DNA from: a virus
UHGV virus genome: UHGV-0197549
DNA: 64,000 nucleotides
Reading direction: 5' to 3' (one strand)
The translations under genes and the position numbers were made by a program. This document shows, piece after piece, positions 38,087-47,523 of this stretch; position 1 is the first letter of the stretch, and each line of letters opens with the position of its first letter. The notes beneath the pieces are model-generated. The model was not told where the DNA came from and did no database searches. It saw only the letters and a list, made by a program, of their open reading frames with translations.

Positions 38087-38643
38087 GCCTTGCAGAATTT
38101 TGTGCGCAGTGGGTCCCGGCGCCCGGCAGACAATCCCTGACGAGCCGGTTGGCTTACAACGCTTCGGAGTTCGCCACCACAGCCGGTGCCTTCTCCCGGC
38201 GTTTCTTCCGGATGTCCTTCGCGCAGGGTGGGTTCTATGCCAGCGGCAACTGTTGGCAGACACGTACCTCCAAATGGGGCAAGAAATTCACCCACCCCGT
38301 TATGATTGACACGGGCAAGCTGAAAGGCGGTATCAAGGACGTTTTGATAGACAAAGACCACGGCTCCCTGATGAAGATGCATGAGTTCGGCTTCAAAAGG
38401 CAGTATGTTTATGAGATTAAAACCGATGAAGAAAGCTTCGTGGAGAAAGGAAAGAGAGGGCGCAACAGTAAGGGCAAAGGGTATGCGGCCATTCACAACA
38501 CCGATGAGAAGCTCACCCCTTATACCGTGAACCAATACTCCACCCGCAAGCCCGTCCAGCGGCAGTTCATCGGTTTTTCCGACAGGCTGGATGACTATAT
38601 CCATGAACATTACGTATCTATCATCTTCAAGAAATTCCCATGA
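38074..38643 (+). CDS. Mu G-like virion morphogenesis protein (putative)
   Basis: Position after the F-like gene; size ~189 aa. Confidence 0.4.
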   Translation: MSEISLAEFCAQWVPAPGRQSLTSRLAYNASEFATTAGAFSRRFFRMSFAQGGFYASGNCWQTRTSKWGKKFTHPVMIDTGKLKGGIKDVLIDKDHGSLMKMHEFGFKRQYVYEIKTDEESFVEKGKRGRNSKGKGYAAIHNTDEKLTPYTVNQYSTRKPVQRQFIGFSDRLDDYIHEHYVSIIFKKFP

Positions 38644-39347
38644 TAAAAGACAAAGAAACCAAGAAAGACACCACAGAGGTTATTTCCGTCGGAAAAGAGG
38701 TCATTATACCGGAAGAGGTATCGGAAAACCCTTTTGTGAACATGTACGAGGCGGTACGCCGGACTTTGCTCACTCTGCGTGAGAACCCGGAAAACCCTTT
38801 GACTCCCCCTTACTTCAAGACAATCCGGATGGACAACGGGCAGTTTGAACGGATCATCCGCTCGGACAATATGGAATACGAGACGGCGTTCCCGGCTGTA
38901 TTCATCCATTTTACCAACGTCCGCTATCTGGTGCAACAGCAACGGCTCGGGGAAGGCAGGGCGACGATGCGTATCCGGTTCATCCTGAATAACCTGAACA
39001 ACGGCGATGACGGGATGGAGTGCGAGCCCTTCCGGGTCTTCCAGCGTATCAACGTGGCTATCCAGGACGCTAAAAGTTACGAGCCTGCCCTGAACGAACG
39101 TTGCAACCTCCTGTACTTCGATATGCCTACCACCTCGAATATGCTGCAAGCCTACTGGGTGGATTACGAAGTGTGGTTCAGGGAATCTTCCGCCTGGAAA
39201 TACCGCAAATGGGTGGAGAGGTACGTAGTCATGCCGCCATTCACCAACCACGATGACGCACCGAAGCACGATGAAGAGAACCACGGTAACCACAAGGCAC
39301 CCGGCTACGGCGAGGTTTCCGGCTTTACAGGTGCCGGTGAAGGGTAG
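38640..39347 (+). CDS. hypothetical phage protein (235 aa)
   Basis: ORF overlapping the previous stop by 4 bp. Confidence 0.45.
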   Translation: MIKDKETKKDTTEVISVGKEVIIPEEVSENPFVNMYEAVRRTLLTLRENPENPLTPPYFKTIRMDNGQFERIIRSDNMEYETAFPAVFIHFTNVRYLVQQQRLGEGRATMRIRFILNNLNNGDDGMECEPFRVFQRINVAIQDAKSYEPALNERCNLLYFDMPTTSNMLQAYWVDYEVWFRESSAWKYRKWVERYVVMPPFTNHDDAPKHDEENHGNHKAPGYGEVSGFTGAGEG

Positions 39348-39426
39348 GAAAACAGAAAATAAACTCTTTGTGCCTAATACTCCTATACTTGGAAAAAGCC
39401 TAACTAAACCGACCTTAACCTGAACT

Positions 39427-40665
39427 ATGAATATCAACGACCTTCAACTTGTTACCGGAGAAGCCAGGCCCGGCGAGGCGGCATCCATCCGGTTCTTCGG
39501 CAAGGTGACCGCCCAGTCCACGGCGCGGTTCAATGAAGAGTTCGAGTACCTCGAAACGGTCATCCGCCCGTCGCTTATCAGAGTGCTGATTAACAGCGAG
39601 GGCGGCTCCGTTTTGCACGGCATGACAACTTACGCGACCATCCAGAACTCCACCATAGACACCGAGTGTGTCATCGAGGGCATGGCGGCGAGCATGGGCT
39701 CGGTACTCTGGGCAGCCGGAAAACGCTCCCTGATGCGCGACTACTCCATCCTGATGATACACAATCCCTTCTTGCCGTCAGCGGAAGAAGGGGAAGCCTC
39801 GGAGCTTGTCAAAGCGTTCACCCGGCAGATTGAAACGATTTACCGCAAACGTTTTTCCCTGACTGCCGAACAAGTGCAAAGTATCATGGCGGGGGAAACC
39901 GGGAAGGACGGTACCTACTTTGATGCATCACTGGCAGTCAGTGCCGGTATCATACCGGAAAAGAACATCCTGCACACCAGCCCCCAACTCTGTGAGATGG
40001 TAAAGAACAGCATTTCGGGACTGGAAGATGCAGGCGATATACAGAATGTAATGAGCAAAATAACCGCAGAAGCCGGTAACCATCCTACTCCTGCACAACA
40101 GAACATTAACCTGAATACTATGAACGAAGAAAGAACCATTCCTTTTGAACTGGGTGCGGTGGCGGCAAGCCTGGGCATCAAGGACAAATTCGAGGTAACG
40201 GATGTCATGTCGCGTATCTCCGCGCTGATGAACGTGGAGGCGTCCCTTACCGAAGCCAACCGTAAACTGACGGACGCGCAGACAGTGATTGCCGGCAAGG
40301 ACGCCAGCATCGGCAACCTGCAAAAAGACCTGGCCGAGACGGTAGCCAAACTGAGCGTATTTGAAAAGAAAGAGGCCGATGAAAAGAAAGCGCGTATCGA
40401 CAAGCTTGTCGAAGATGCCGTCACAGCGGGCAAGATTGAAAAAGAGAACAAGGAGCAATGGGTGGAAATGGCGGGCTCCAATTACGAACTGGCCGAAAAG
40501 ACACTGGCATCCATCCCCGCCCGTGAGAAGATCACCCATGAGATTGCCACCGACCCGGACAATGTGCAGGCAGCCAGGACGGCAGCCAGGACGGCAGAAG
40601 AGAAGATGGCGGAAAAAGTGAACGCCGTTGTCGGTGAGAGCTTCGAGTTCAAGAAGATGTCCTGA
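39427..40665 (+). CDS. head maturation protease (ClpP-like) fused to scaffold-like C-terminal domain
   Basis: LINSEGGSVLHGMTTYATIQ...EGMAASMGSVLWAAGKRSLMRDYSILMIHNP is ClpP/S14-like; C-terminal half is Ala/Glu/Lys-rich and coiled-coil-like. Confidence 0.7.
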   Translation: MNINDLQLVTGEARPGEAASIRFFGKVTAQSTARFNEEFEYLETVIRPSLIRVLINSEGGSVLHGMTTYATIQNSTIDTECVIEGMAASMGSVLWAAGKRSLMRDYSILMIHNPFLPSAEEGEASELVKAFTRQIETIYRKRFSLTAEQVQSIMAGETGKDGTYFDASLAVSAGIIPEKNILHTSPQLCEMVKNSISGLEDAGDIQNVMSKITAEAGNHPTPAQQNINLNTMNEERTIPFELGAVAASLGIKDKFEVTDVMSRISALMNVEASLTEANRKLTDAQTVIAGKDASIGNLQKDLAETVAKLSVFEKKEADEKKARIDKLVEDAVTAGKIEKENKEQWVEMAGSNYELAEKTLASIPAREKITHEIATDPDNVQAARTAARTAEEKMAEKVNAVVGESFEFKKMS

Positions 40666-40707
40666 CAACCCATTATCCCATTAACCTAAACCTTAAAACT
40701 ATAAAAC

Positions 40708-41772
40708 ATGGCAGAAGCAGCTAATACGGTTTCCTTTCTCCAGAACGGCTATAACGGTGAAGTCCTTGAAGACTTGCTCACTTATACCGCGCAGGGAAAC
40801 GACACCTTTAAAGAAGGACTGATTCATATTAAGTCAGGCATCCAGCACAAATACACCTTGCCGGCCATCCGTCTGGGCGATATCATCCAGGACAACGTTC
40901 CCACCCCCACCAGCAGCCACGGTGCCAAAGGCGAAAACGGAGAAAACGAGTACGAATTTACAGAGCGCTACCTGATTCCGCAGGATTTCATGGTGTACCT
41001 CGAATTTAACCCCCGCGACTACGAGAAGTATTGGAAATTCGCACAACCCGAAGGCAACCTCGTCTTCCGTGAGCTCGACCCGAAGATTCAGGCCACGATG
41101 TTGCGTTTGCTAATGGACAAGAAAAATGAGTATATCGGCAATGCTATCTGGACCAGCGCCAAGGGAGGTTCAGCGGCAGCGGGGATTACATGTCCGGCAG
41201 ATTCCATCATCATCGGCAGGAACAAGGAGAAGTACTTTGACGGAGTGGTCAAGCGCATCATCGACAACATCAACGCCACTGACAGGGAAACCATCGCGGG
41301 TGGTCAGTGTGTGCTTGCAGGCAATACCGAACTTCCGGACGGGGCAGCCGTGGAAAAGGCACTTTACGGTATGTGGAAGAAATGTCCCAAGCAAATCCGC
41401 AAGAAAGCCGGACTTACATTCGTAATGAATTTCGAGCAGTGGGACGCATACGACCAGTATGTCAGTGACAAGATGGTGAAGTACTCCGAAAATACGGAAA
41501 TCAACCGCTACCGCTTCAAAGGAAAACGCATCCTTCCGCTGGTAGGCATCCCCGAGCATACGATTGTCCTAGGTGAATTTACCACCGGCATGGACTCTAA
41601 CCTCTGGATGGGCGTGGATTACGCAAACGACACGGAAGTGCTGAAAGTGGACCGCCTGCAAAGCAACTCGGAGCTGTTCTTCTTCCAGATGCGTATGAAA
41701 ATGGACGTGAATATCGTCCGTCCCGCTGAAATCGTGGTACACACCGCTTACAAGAAGGCACCCACCACCTGA
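40708..41772 (+). CDS. major head (capsid) protein, Mu T-like (putative)
   Basis: 354 aa immediately after the protease/scaffold gene. Confidence 0.55.
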   Translation: MAEAANTVSFLQNGYNGEVLEDLLTYTAQGNDTFKEGLIHIKSGIQHKYTLPAIRLGDIIQDNVPTPTSSHGAKGENGENEYEFTERYLIPQDFMVYLEFNPRDYEKYWKFAQPEGNLVFRELDPKIQATMLRLLMDKKNEYIGNAIWTSAKGGSAAAGITCPADSIIIGRNKEKYFDGVVKRIIDNINATDRETIAGGQCVLAGNTELPDGAAVEKALYGMWKKCPKQIRKKAGLTFVMNFEQWDAYDQYVSDKMVKYSENTEINRYRFKGKRILPLVGIPEHTIVLGEFTTGMDSNLWMGVDYANDTEVLKVDRLQSNSELFFFQMRMKMDVNIVRPAEIVVHTAYKKAPTT

Positions 41773-41847
41773 CAACCTTACTCTTAACTCTATGGCAGGG
41801 GAATAGGAATGACCTGTTCCCCTTTTTTAAAACCTTAAACCTTACCC

Positions 41848-42123
41848 TTGACTATGGCAAAACAAATCAAAACGGAAGGAGAACTTACCGCCGTACAGGA
41901 GCCGGAAGTAACCACTGCTGAAACCAAGACGGAAACCGTAACTAAAAACGAACCCAAAACCGAACCCAAACCGGAGGCATACGTACTTTCCGTATTGCAG
42001 GCGTTTCCGAATTATGAGCAACTGTATGTAGACAAACAGGGCGGCGTCTATGCCCCGGACACACCGAAGCACCTGCGCGAAATGGCCACCCTCTACAAGA
42101 ATCCTTATTTCATCCAACCTTAA
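41848..42123 (+). CDS. small structural or decoration protein (91 aa)
   Basis: ORF; Thr/Glu/Pro/Lys-rich N-terminus. Confidence 0.4.
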   Translation: MTMAKQIKTEGELTAVQEPEVTTAETKTETVTKNEPKTEPKPEAYVLSVLQAFPNYEQLYVDKQGGVYAPDTPKHLREMATLYKNPYFIQP

Positions 42124-42142
42124 CCCTTAAATCTGAACATCC

Positions 42143-43483
42143 ATGTTAGGAAACGTATATATCAAGGACACGGACGGCAATATCTCTTACACGGGGGCAA
42201 CCGGCAACGAGAAAGTTACAGGGTTGCTGTTTGACGTGTCCCTGCAACCGGAACTCTTTACTGCCGGTTACGGGAAAAATAACGAGAACAATGTCAAACT
42301 CAACGACGTGCTTTATGTCACTAACCGTAAATCCGCCATCAAGGACTTCGGTATAATCCAGCGAGTGAAGGCCACCGAAGACGAAGAGAACAACGTGAAC
42401 TTCTTCCACGGCATCCCGTACTACCATATCTCCGAGTTCTTCCGCTTGTCCGGCAACATCGACGGCAACGGCAGGCTGTACGTGATGTTCGCCGACTGTT
42501 CAGCCGGCTGGGATGCGGTGGATATCATGCAGCGTGCGGCAGGCGGTACTATCAACCAGCTTGGCATCTGGACGGAACAGCCGCAATGGAAGCTTAACGG
42601 CGCCGAGGAAAAGTACAACCTGAACCTCGTCAAAGGTATCAATGACAAGGTGGTGGCTTTGGCAGAGCAGAACCAGCCGCTTTCCGTCATCCTGGCAGCC
42701 AACTGTTCCAACACCGGAGCCGATACGGCGGAAGGCCTGAAAGTGGACCTGAATAAAATCCCGACCGCTATCTGTGAATCCAGCCGTACATCGGTCGTTT
42801 TCGGGCAGGCACATTCGGAACTCGTGTCCACCATGCAGAAATACAATAAGAACCATACGCCCGTAGGAGTTCTCGGCGCGGCACTCGGCTGCCTGGCACG
42901 CGCCAACGTACATGAGTCAATCGCCTGGGTGAAGCAGTTCAACCTCTTTAGTGACGACTTCCAGGCCATTGAGCTGGGCTTCGGTGACATCAACCAGACG
43001 GCGCAGGAAGAGTTCATCAGTACGAACCTGTATGAATCACTGTCCCCCACACTGCTGGATGACCTGGACGAGAAAGGATACATCTTCCCGATCAAGTATG
43101 CCGGGCTGGAGAACGGGATTTACCTCTCCAAAGACCAGACCTGTTCCACGGGTGATTACCGGACGATTGCCCGGAACCGTACCATCAACAAGTCCCGCCG
43201 TGCCGTCCGTGCCGCCCTGCTGCCTTATGTGAACGCTCCCCTGATGGTGAATCCCGCTACCGGCTTGCTTGCACCTTCCAAGATTACCGCCTTCAGGACA
43301 TTGATTTCCGACGTGCTTGCCAAGATGCAGACCTCACAGGAGATTTCCGGCTATGCGGTAACGATTGACGCCAACCAGAACGTACTTCTCAATGACACGT
43401 TGCGTATTGGATATGTGCTGGTCCCCGTGGGCGTAGCTACTAAAATCTATGTGGAAGAAGGCTTGTCCCTGACGACGAAATAA
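42143..43483 (+). CDS. tail sheath protein (putative)
   Basis: 446 aa preceding a 147-aa tube-like gene. Confidence 0.45.
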   Translation: MLGNVYIKDTDGNISYTGATGNEKVTGLLFDVSLQPELFTAGYGKNNENNVKLNDVLYVTNRKSAIKDFGIIQRVKATEDEENNVNFFHGIPYYHISEFFRLSGNIDGNGRLYVMFADCSAGWDAVDIMQRAAGGTINQLGIWTEQPQWKLNGAEEKYNLNLVKGINDKVVALAEQNQPLSVILAANCSNTGADTAEGLKVDLNKIPTAICESSRTSVVFGQAHSELVSTMQKYNKNHTPVGVLGAALGCLARANVHESIAWVKQFNLFSDDFQAIELGFGDINQTAQEEFISTNLYESLSPTLLDDLDEKGYIFPIKYAGLENGIYLSKDQTCSTGDYRTIARNRTINKSRRAVRAALLPYVNAPLMVNPATGLLAPSKITAFRTLISDVLAKMQTSQEISGYAVTIDANQNVLLNDTLRIGYVLVPVGVATKIYVEEGLSLTTK

Positions 43484-43505
43484 CCTAACCTGAAAAACAA
43501 ATACT

Positions 43506-43949
43506 ATGGCAATAATCAATAACGTAGCCTATTCCTGGAGCATGATTACGCTCGCTTCAACCGCCCTTGGGATTGACGAGGGAAGCACGACACTCGAAGG
43601 CGTCTCCGGTATCAAGTGGAACAAGAAACGAAAGATTGAGAGCAACTACGGCATGGGCGGGCGGCCCGTGTCCCGTGGTTTCGGGAACCTTACCTATACG
43701 GCATCCATCACGATGGATTATGCTACCCAACAGATGTTACGCTCGACTTACGGCAGTTTGATGGACATCGGCGAGTTCGACCTTATCATCTCTTTCGCCA
43801 ACCCGATGGCATCGGATGACTGGACGACCACCACCGTGACGCTGAAGGGCTGCATTTTCTCCGAGGACGCGATGGAAAGTCAGCAGGACGATACCAACAT
43901 CACACATGAGTACGATCTGAATCCTTTCGATATCGTTATCGGTTCGTGA
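43506..43949 (+). CDS. tail tube protein (putative)
   Basis: 147 aa following the sheath candidate. Confidence 0.45.
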   Translation: MAIINNVAYSWSMITLASTALGIDEGSTTLEGVSGIKWNKKRKIESNYGMGGRPVSRGFGNLTYTASITMDYATQQMLRSTYGSLMDIGEFDLIISFANPMASDDWTTTTVTLKGCIFSEDAMESQQDDTNITHEYDLNPFDIVIGS

Positions 43950-43960
43950 AGTCCCTTTAA

Positions 43961-43975
43961 TTCCTATTTGGAAAT
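43961..43975. promoter_or_regulatory. half-site of the recurrent motif (CCTATTTGGAAAT) at the moron boundary
   Basis: Sequence match (reverse complement of TTCCAAATAGG). Confidence 0.4.
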
Positions 43976-44800
43976 CGCATCCTTTCGGTGCGGTTTCTTT
44001 TTTTTATGATGAAGCACTCTTCCTCTAAATTTATGCAGTTCAGTGCTTTTAACCCAAATACCATTAAACTTAGGATGAACCAAAACAAAAAAAATGAATA
44101 TTAGGACACATAAAAATGATAAGATTATAAAGCCAGGGACATACTTTTCAAACCAAACTTCATCCAATTGAAACTTATTTATATGCATAAAACAATGGAT
44201 TATAAAAGCAACGCACCATATAACAAACGAAATTTGGCCTATTGCAATATTTATTTTGGATGGAGAGTAAGCTCCACCTTGGCACTTAAAAATACAATCA
44301 TTTATATCTGTGGCATTGTATCCTTTTAAAAGCTGATACTGAAATCCTCCTATAGGTAATTTGTTTATTCCGGAATTAAGAACTTCGCCATTTACCAAAC
44401 TTTCATCACATTCAAAAGCATCAATAGCATGTTCATACCTCTCATACCAAGCTTTCGAACCTTTGGCCATCATAATCCAAAGAGAAGAAAATATAATATT
44501 AACTAAACATAGTACGAGAGCTATATTATTTAATATATAGGCTGACGGTGACACTACATATTCTACATTATCAAATAGTTTTATTGTAACAACTCCATAT
44601 CCGGTAAAACATAAAACAAGTATAGTCGTTAGAAATATAGAGCGTTGCCAAAGATGTGACAATTCAAAATCCCGACATCTCCATAAAGAATCTCTTATAT
44701 CCTTAGTTGTTATCTCAGAATTAAGAACAATATTATCAGTATTAATGGTGTATTTCAGTTTGCTTTTACTGCATTTTTCTCTTTTACTTCTTTTCCTCAT
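43964..44800 (-). CDS. low-GC multi-pass membrane protein (4 predicted TM helices), moron
   Basis: Hydrophobic segments IFLTTILVLCFTGYGVV, ILNNIALVLCLVNIIFSSLWI, ISFVIWCVAFIIHCF, GFIILSFLCVLIFIFFVLV; local GC far below the flanking structural genes. Confidence 0.6.
   Translation of the reverse strand: MRKRSKREKCSKSKLKYTINTDNIVLNSEITTKDIRDSLWRCRDFELSHLWQRSIFLTTILVLCFTGYGVVTIKLFDNVEYVVSPSAYILNNIALVLCLVNIIFSSLWIMMAKGSKAWYERYEHAIDAFECDESLVNGEVLNSGINKLPIGGFQYQLLKGYNATDINDCIFKCQGGAYSPSKINIAIGQISFVIWCVAFIIHCFMHINKFQLDEVWFEKYVPGFIILSFLCVLIFIFFVLVHPKFNGIWVKSTELHKFRGRVLHHKKKKPHRKDAISK
43976..44006 (+). terminator. rho-independent terminator after the tail tube gene
   Basis: CGCATC-cttt-GGTGCG followed by GTTTCTTTTTTTT. 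Confidence 0.55.
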
Positions 44801-44857
44801 ATTATTTATGATATATATTTTTACAAATGTAAATATATACCATTTTTATTAGAACAG

Positions 44858-46117
44858 CTAATAAATTTCAATAAAATCATCCGGATTCGTTGTATATTGC
44901 TTTGACAAATACTCACTTTTCAGTGCCCATTTCTTCCCGGTTCCCTGTGCCGCTACCTTCAATATTCTCGTACCATATTTCTTATGCACCATATCCAGTA
45001 CTTCAAGTACCTTCTCATGTTTTAATCTGTCACGTTCATCAAACAGATTCAGTTGGACGCTGTTTTGTGGTTCAATATCCATTACGATCACTCCTGCCTT
45101 TTTATACTGATACCCTTCCTTATATATATTCTTCAGTGCCAATCTTGCATAATGGATCAACTCTGCCACGTCATTAGTCGGTGTCGGCAAGGTTATCATC
45201 AGACTATTATAATACTGGGGTAAATCCTCCCGGAACCGGTTGGTATAAATAAAGACCTGGAGCATTCCGGTGCAGGAACGTTGCGCACGGAGTTTCCTGG
45301 CACAGGACGCCATGAAATTAGCTACGGATTCCATCAGAGTATCAAAGTCTTCTATCATCTCCCCGAAGCTCCGGGAAGTGCAGATGGTTTGTTTGGCAGG
45401 AGCGACAGGTTCCAATTCAAATGCCGGGATGCCTCTTAACTCTTTCCATGTCCTGACACCTACCACAGTCATTTGCTTTCTTACCCATTCTTCACTTTTT
45501 TGTGTCAGGTCATAAGCGGTTTTAACACCGTAATATTCAAGTTTCTTCTGGTAACGGCGTCCAATCCCCCAGACATCGGCGATATCAAATTGTTTGAGAG
45601 CCTTTATCCGCTTTTCTTCGCTGTCAATTACACATACGCCTTTATAACCTCTGTATTTCTTTGCAAATTTCGACGCCACTTTCGCCAATGTTTTTGTTGG
45701 TGCTATGCCCATTGATACGGGTATGCCGGTACCTTTTGTTACAGCCTTAACTATCTTGCTTCCATATTCGCCCAGATCATAGTTTTCAAATCCTTTTAGA
45801 GAAAGGAAACTTTCATCTATCGAATATATTTCCATATCTTCAACGAACTGGCTTAGAATCGTCATAACCCTGTGCGACATGTCCCCATATAACGCATAAT
45901 TACTGGAGAAAACGGCAATTCCATGTTCCTCTATCAGTTTAACCAGTTTGAATACCGGTTCGCCCATAGGTATACCAAGCGCCTTTGCCTCATTGCTTCT
46001 CGCTACGACGCATCCATCGTTATTACTTAATACGATAATTGGTACATCCTTCAAATTCGGTTGGAACACCCTTTCGCAAGATGCAAAAAAGTTATTGCAA
46101 TCGACTAATGAATACAT
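44858..46117 (-). CDS. umuC: Y-family translesion DNA polymerase, UmuC-like
   Basis: MYSLVDCNNFFASCERVFQPNLKDVPIIVLSNNDGCVVARSNEAKALGIPMGEP closely matches the UmuC N-terminus. Confidence 0.85.
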   Translation of the reverse strand: MYSLVDCNNFFASCERVFQPNLKDVPIIVLSNNDGCVVARSNEAKALGIPMGEPVFKLVKLIEEHGIAVFSSNYALYGDMSHRVMTILSQFVEDMEIYSIDESFLSLKGFENYDLGEYGSKIVKAVTKGTGIPVSMGIAPTKTLAKVASKFAKKYRGYKGVCVIDSEEKRIKALKQFDIADVWGIGRRYQKKLEYYGVKTAYDLTQKSEEWVRKQMTVVGVRTWKELRGIPAFELEPVAPAKQTICTSRSFGEMIEDFDTLMESVANFMASCARKLRAQRSCTGMLQVFIYTNRFREDLPQYYNSLMITLPTPTNDVAELIHYARLALKNIYKEGYQYKKAGVIVMDIEPQNSVQLNLFDERDRLKHEKVLEVLDMVHKKYGTRILKVAAQGTGKKWALKSEYLSKQYTTNPDDFIEIY

Positions 46118-46120
46118 ATT

Positions 46121-46573
46121 TTATCCCCTTTTCTTTCTTCTGTTTTCCTTGATCGTATGAGTTACGATACCCCAAACAATAAATTGATTATTCTCCGTTA
46201 CCTTTATCGAAGGATAATCGGGATTGGAAGGTACCAGCCATACAGTTTTCTTTCTTCTGTCTATTTTGACCCGTTTGAGTGTAAACTCTCCGTCCAGAAA
46301 GCAAACACATAAATCACCATCCTCCAAATCCAGCGATTTATCTATTATTAATAAATCACCCGGCTCTATCCCTTCGTCTTTCATCGAAAACCCTTTCACT
46401 CTCCCGATAAAGCTGGATGCAGGATTCTTTATAAGTTCCCTGTTCAGATCATAGCTTAGCTCCATGTAATCCTGCGCCGGTGAGGGGAATCCCGCTTGAA
46501 TCCCATCATCAGCGTAAGGTAATAATTGTTTGCTTGAAGCATCAATCCTGAATATTTCGAGCCAATTCTTCAT
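46121..46573 (-). CDS. umuD: UmuD-like S24 peptidase
   Basis: GFPSPAQDY motif; Ser (GFSMKDEG) and Lys (TLKRVK) catalytic dyad context; 3-bp spacing to umuC. Confidence 0.8.
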   Translation of the reverse strand: MKNWLEIFRIDASSKQLLPYADDGIQAGFPSPAQDYMELSYDLNRELIKNPASSFIGRVKGFSMKDEGIEPGDLLIIDKSLDLEDGDLCVCFLDGEFTLKRVKIDRRKKTVWLVPSNPDYPSIKVTENNQFIVWGIVTHTIKENRRKKRG

Positions 46574-46826
46574 CTGAAAGTGTTTTCGAAGATAACAATC
46601 CGGATTGAAATTTGATTCATGCTTAGGTATTATTGTGCTTCATTTACGAAATATTGATAAACGTTTCCTTCCAACTCTTAAAGGATTATCTGCATACACT
46701 AATACATTCGGGTATGAACTTACCAACAACCGCATCGGGAAGGAATCGAAAGTCCGATTCAACCTTTTCTGATTTGTTCCCCTATACTTGGAAAAGAACA
46801 TTAACCAATCTACAACCAACTTTTAT

Positions 46827-47184
46827 TATGGAAGACAAATCACTCACGCTCGAACTGGAAGCGCAGATCAAGGAAACAGCCGGCAAGCTCAAAGCGGAAA
46901 AGAAACTGAGAAAAATCTATCCGCTGGTCGTGTTCGGTGACACCTCCTGCGGTGAAAAAGAGGTATACGTTGCCTATATGTCGGAGCCTACCTTCCCCCA
47001 GTTCTCCAAGTTTATGGTCGCCTCCCGCAAGGACGAGGTGATGGCGATGAAGACGCTTGCCAAGGACTGTTTCGTCGATGGAGACAAGGAACTGGTGGAT
47101 AACGAAAGCCTGTTCCTGTTCGGCCTGATGGGGCAGCTCACGGAAATCATCTCCACCCGCCAGAGCACGCTGGTAAATTTATAA
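46827..47184 (+). CDS. tail assembly chaperone (G-like); a -1 frameshift would extend the product to 47367
   Basis: Start MEDKSLTLELEAQ; lies just upstream of the tape-measure gene; -1 frame stays open to a TAA at 47365-47367 encoding ...TIDDEEFAILSEEALWLHNQMMITKAANAALSV. Confidence 0.55.
47175..47181 (+). other. programmed -1 ribosomal frameshift slippery heptamer A_AAT_TTA at the chaperone stop codon
   Basis: Canonical X_XXY_YYZ heptamer in the zero frame, immediately 5' of the TAA. Confidence 0.6.
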
Positions 47185-47429
47185 CCCGCTGGGAAGTACG
47201 TGACGACCACCGTATCCGGCAACGGCTGATTTATGTGCGTCACTACTTTCCCGGCGTGAACCTGGAAACCATTGATGACGAAGAGTTCGCCATTTTATCG
47301 GAAGAAGCCCTCTGGCTGCATAACCAGATGATGATAACCAAAGCCGCCAATGCCGCGCTATCCGTTTAACCGGCTTTTCATTCTTTATTACTTTCATTCA
47401 TTTTTCATTCTTTCATTTCCTTTGTTTTC

Positions 47430-47466
47430 CCCTGCCGCCACACAAGCGGCAGGGTTTTTCTTTTTT
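47430..47466 (+). terminator. rho-independent terminator between chaperone and tape-measure genes
   Basis: CCCTGCCGC-cacacaa-GCGGCAGGG followed by TTTTTCTTTTTT. Confidence 0.6.
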
Positions 47467-47523
47467 AATCATACGCTCTCCTTTTCACCTATTCTTACCC
47501 GAACCTAACCTTGCATCCGTATT

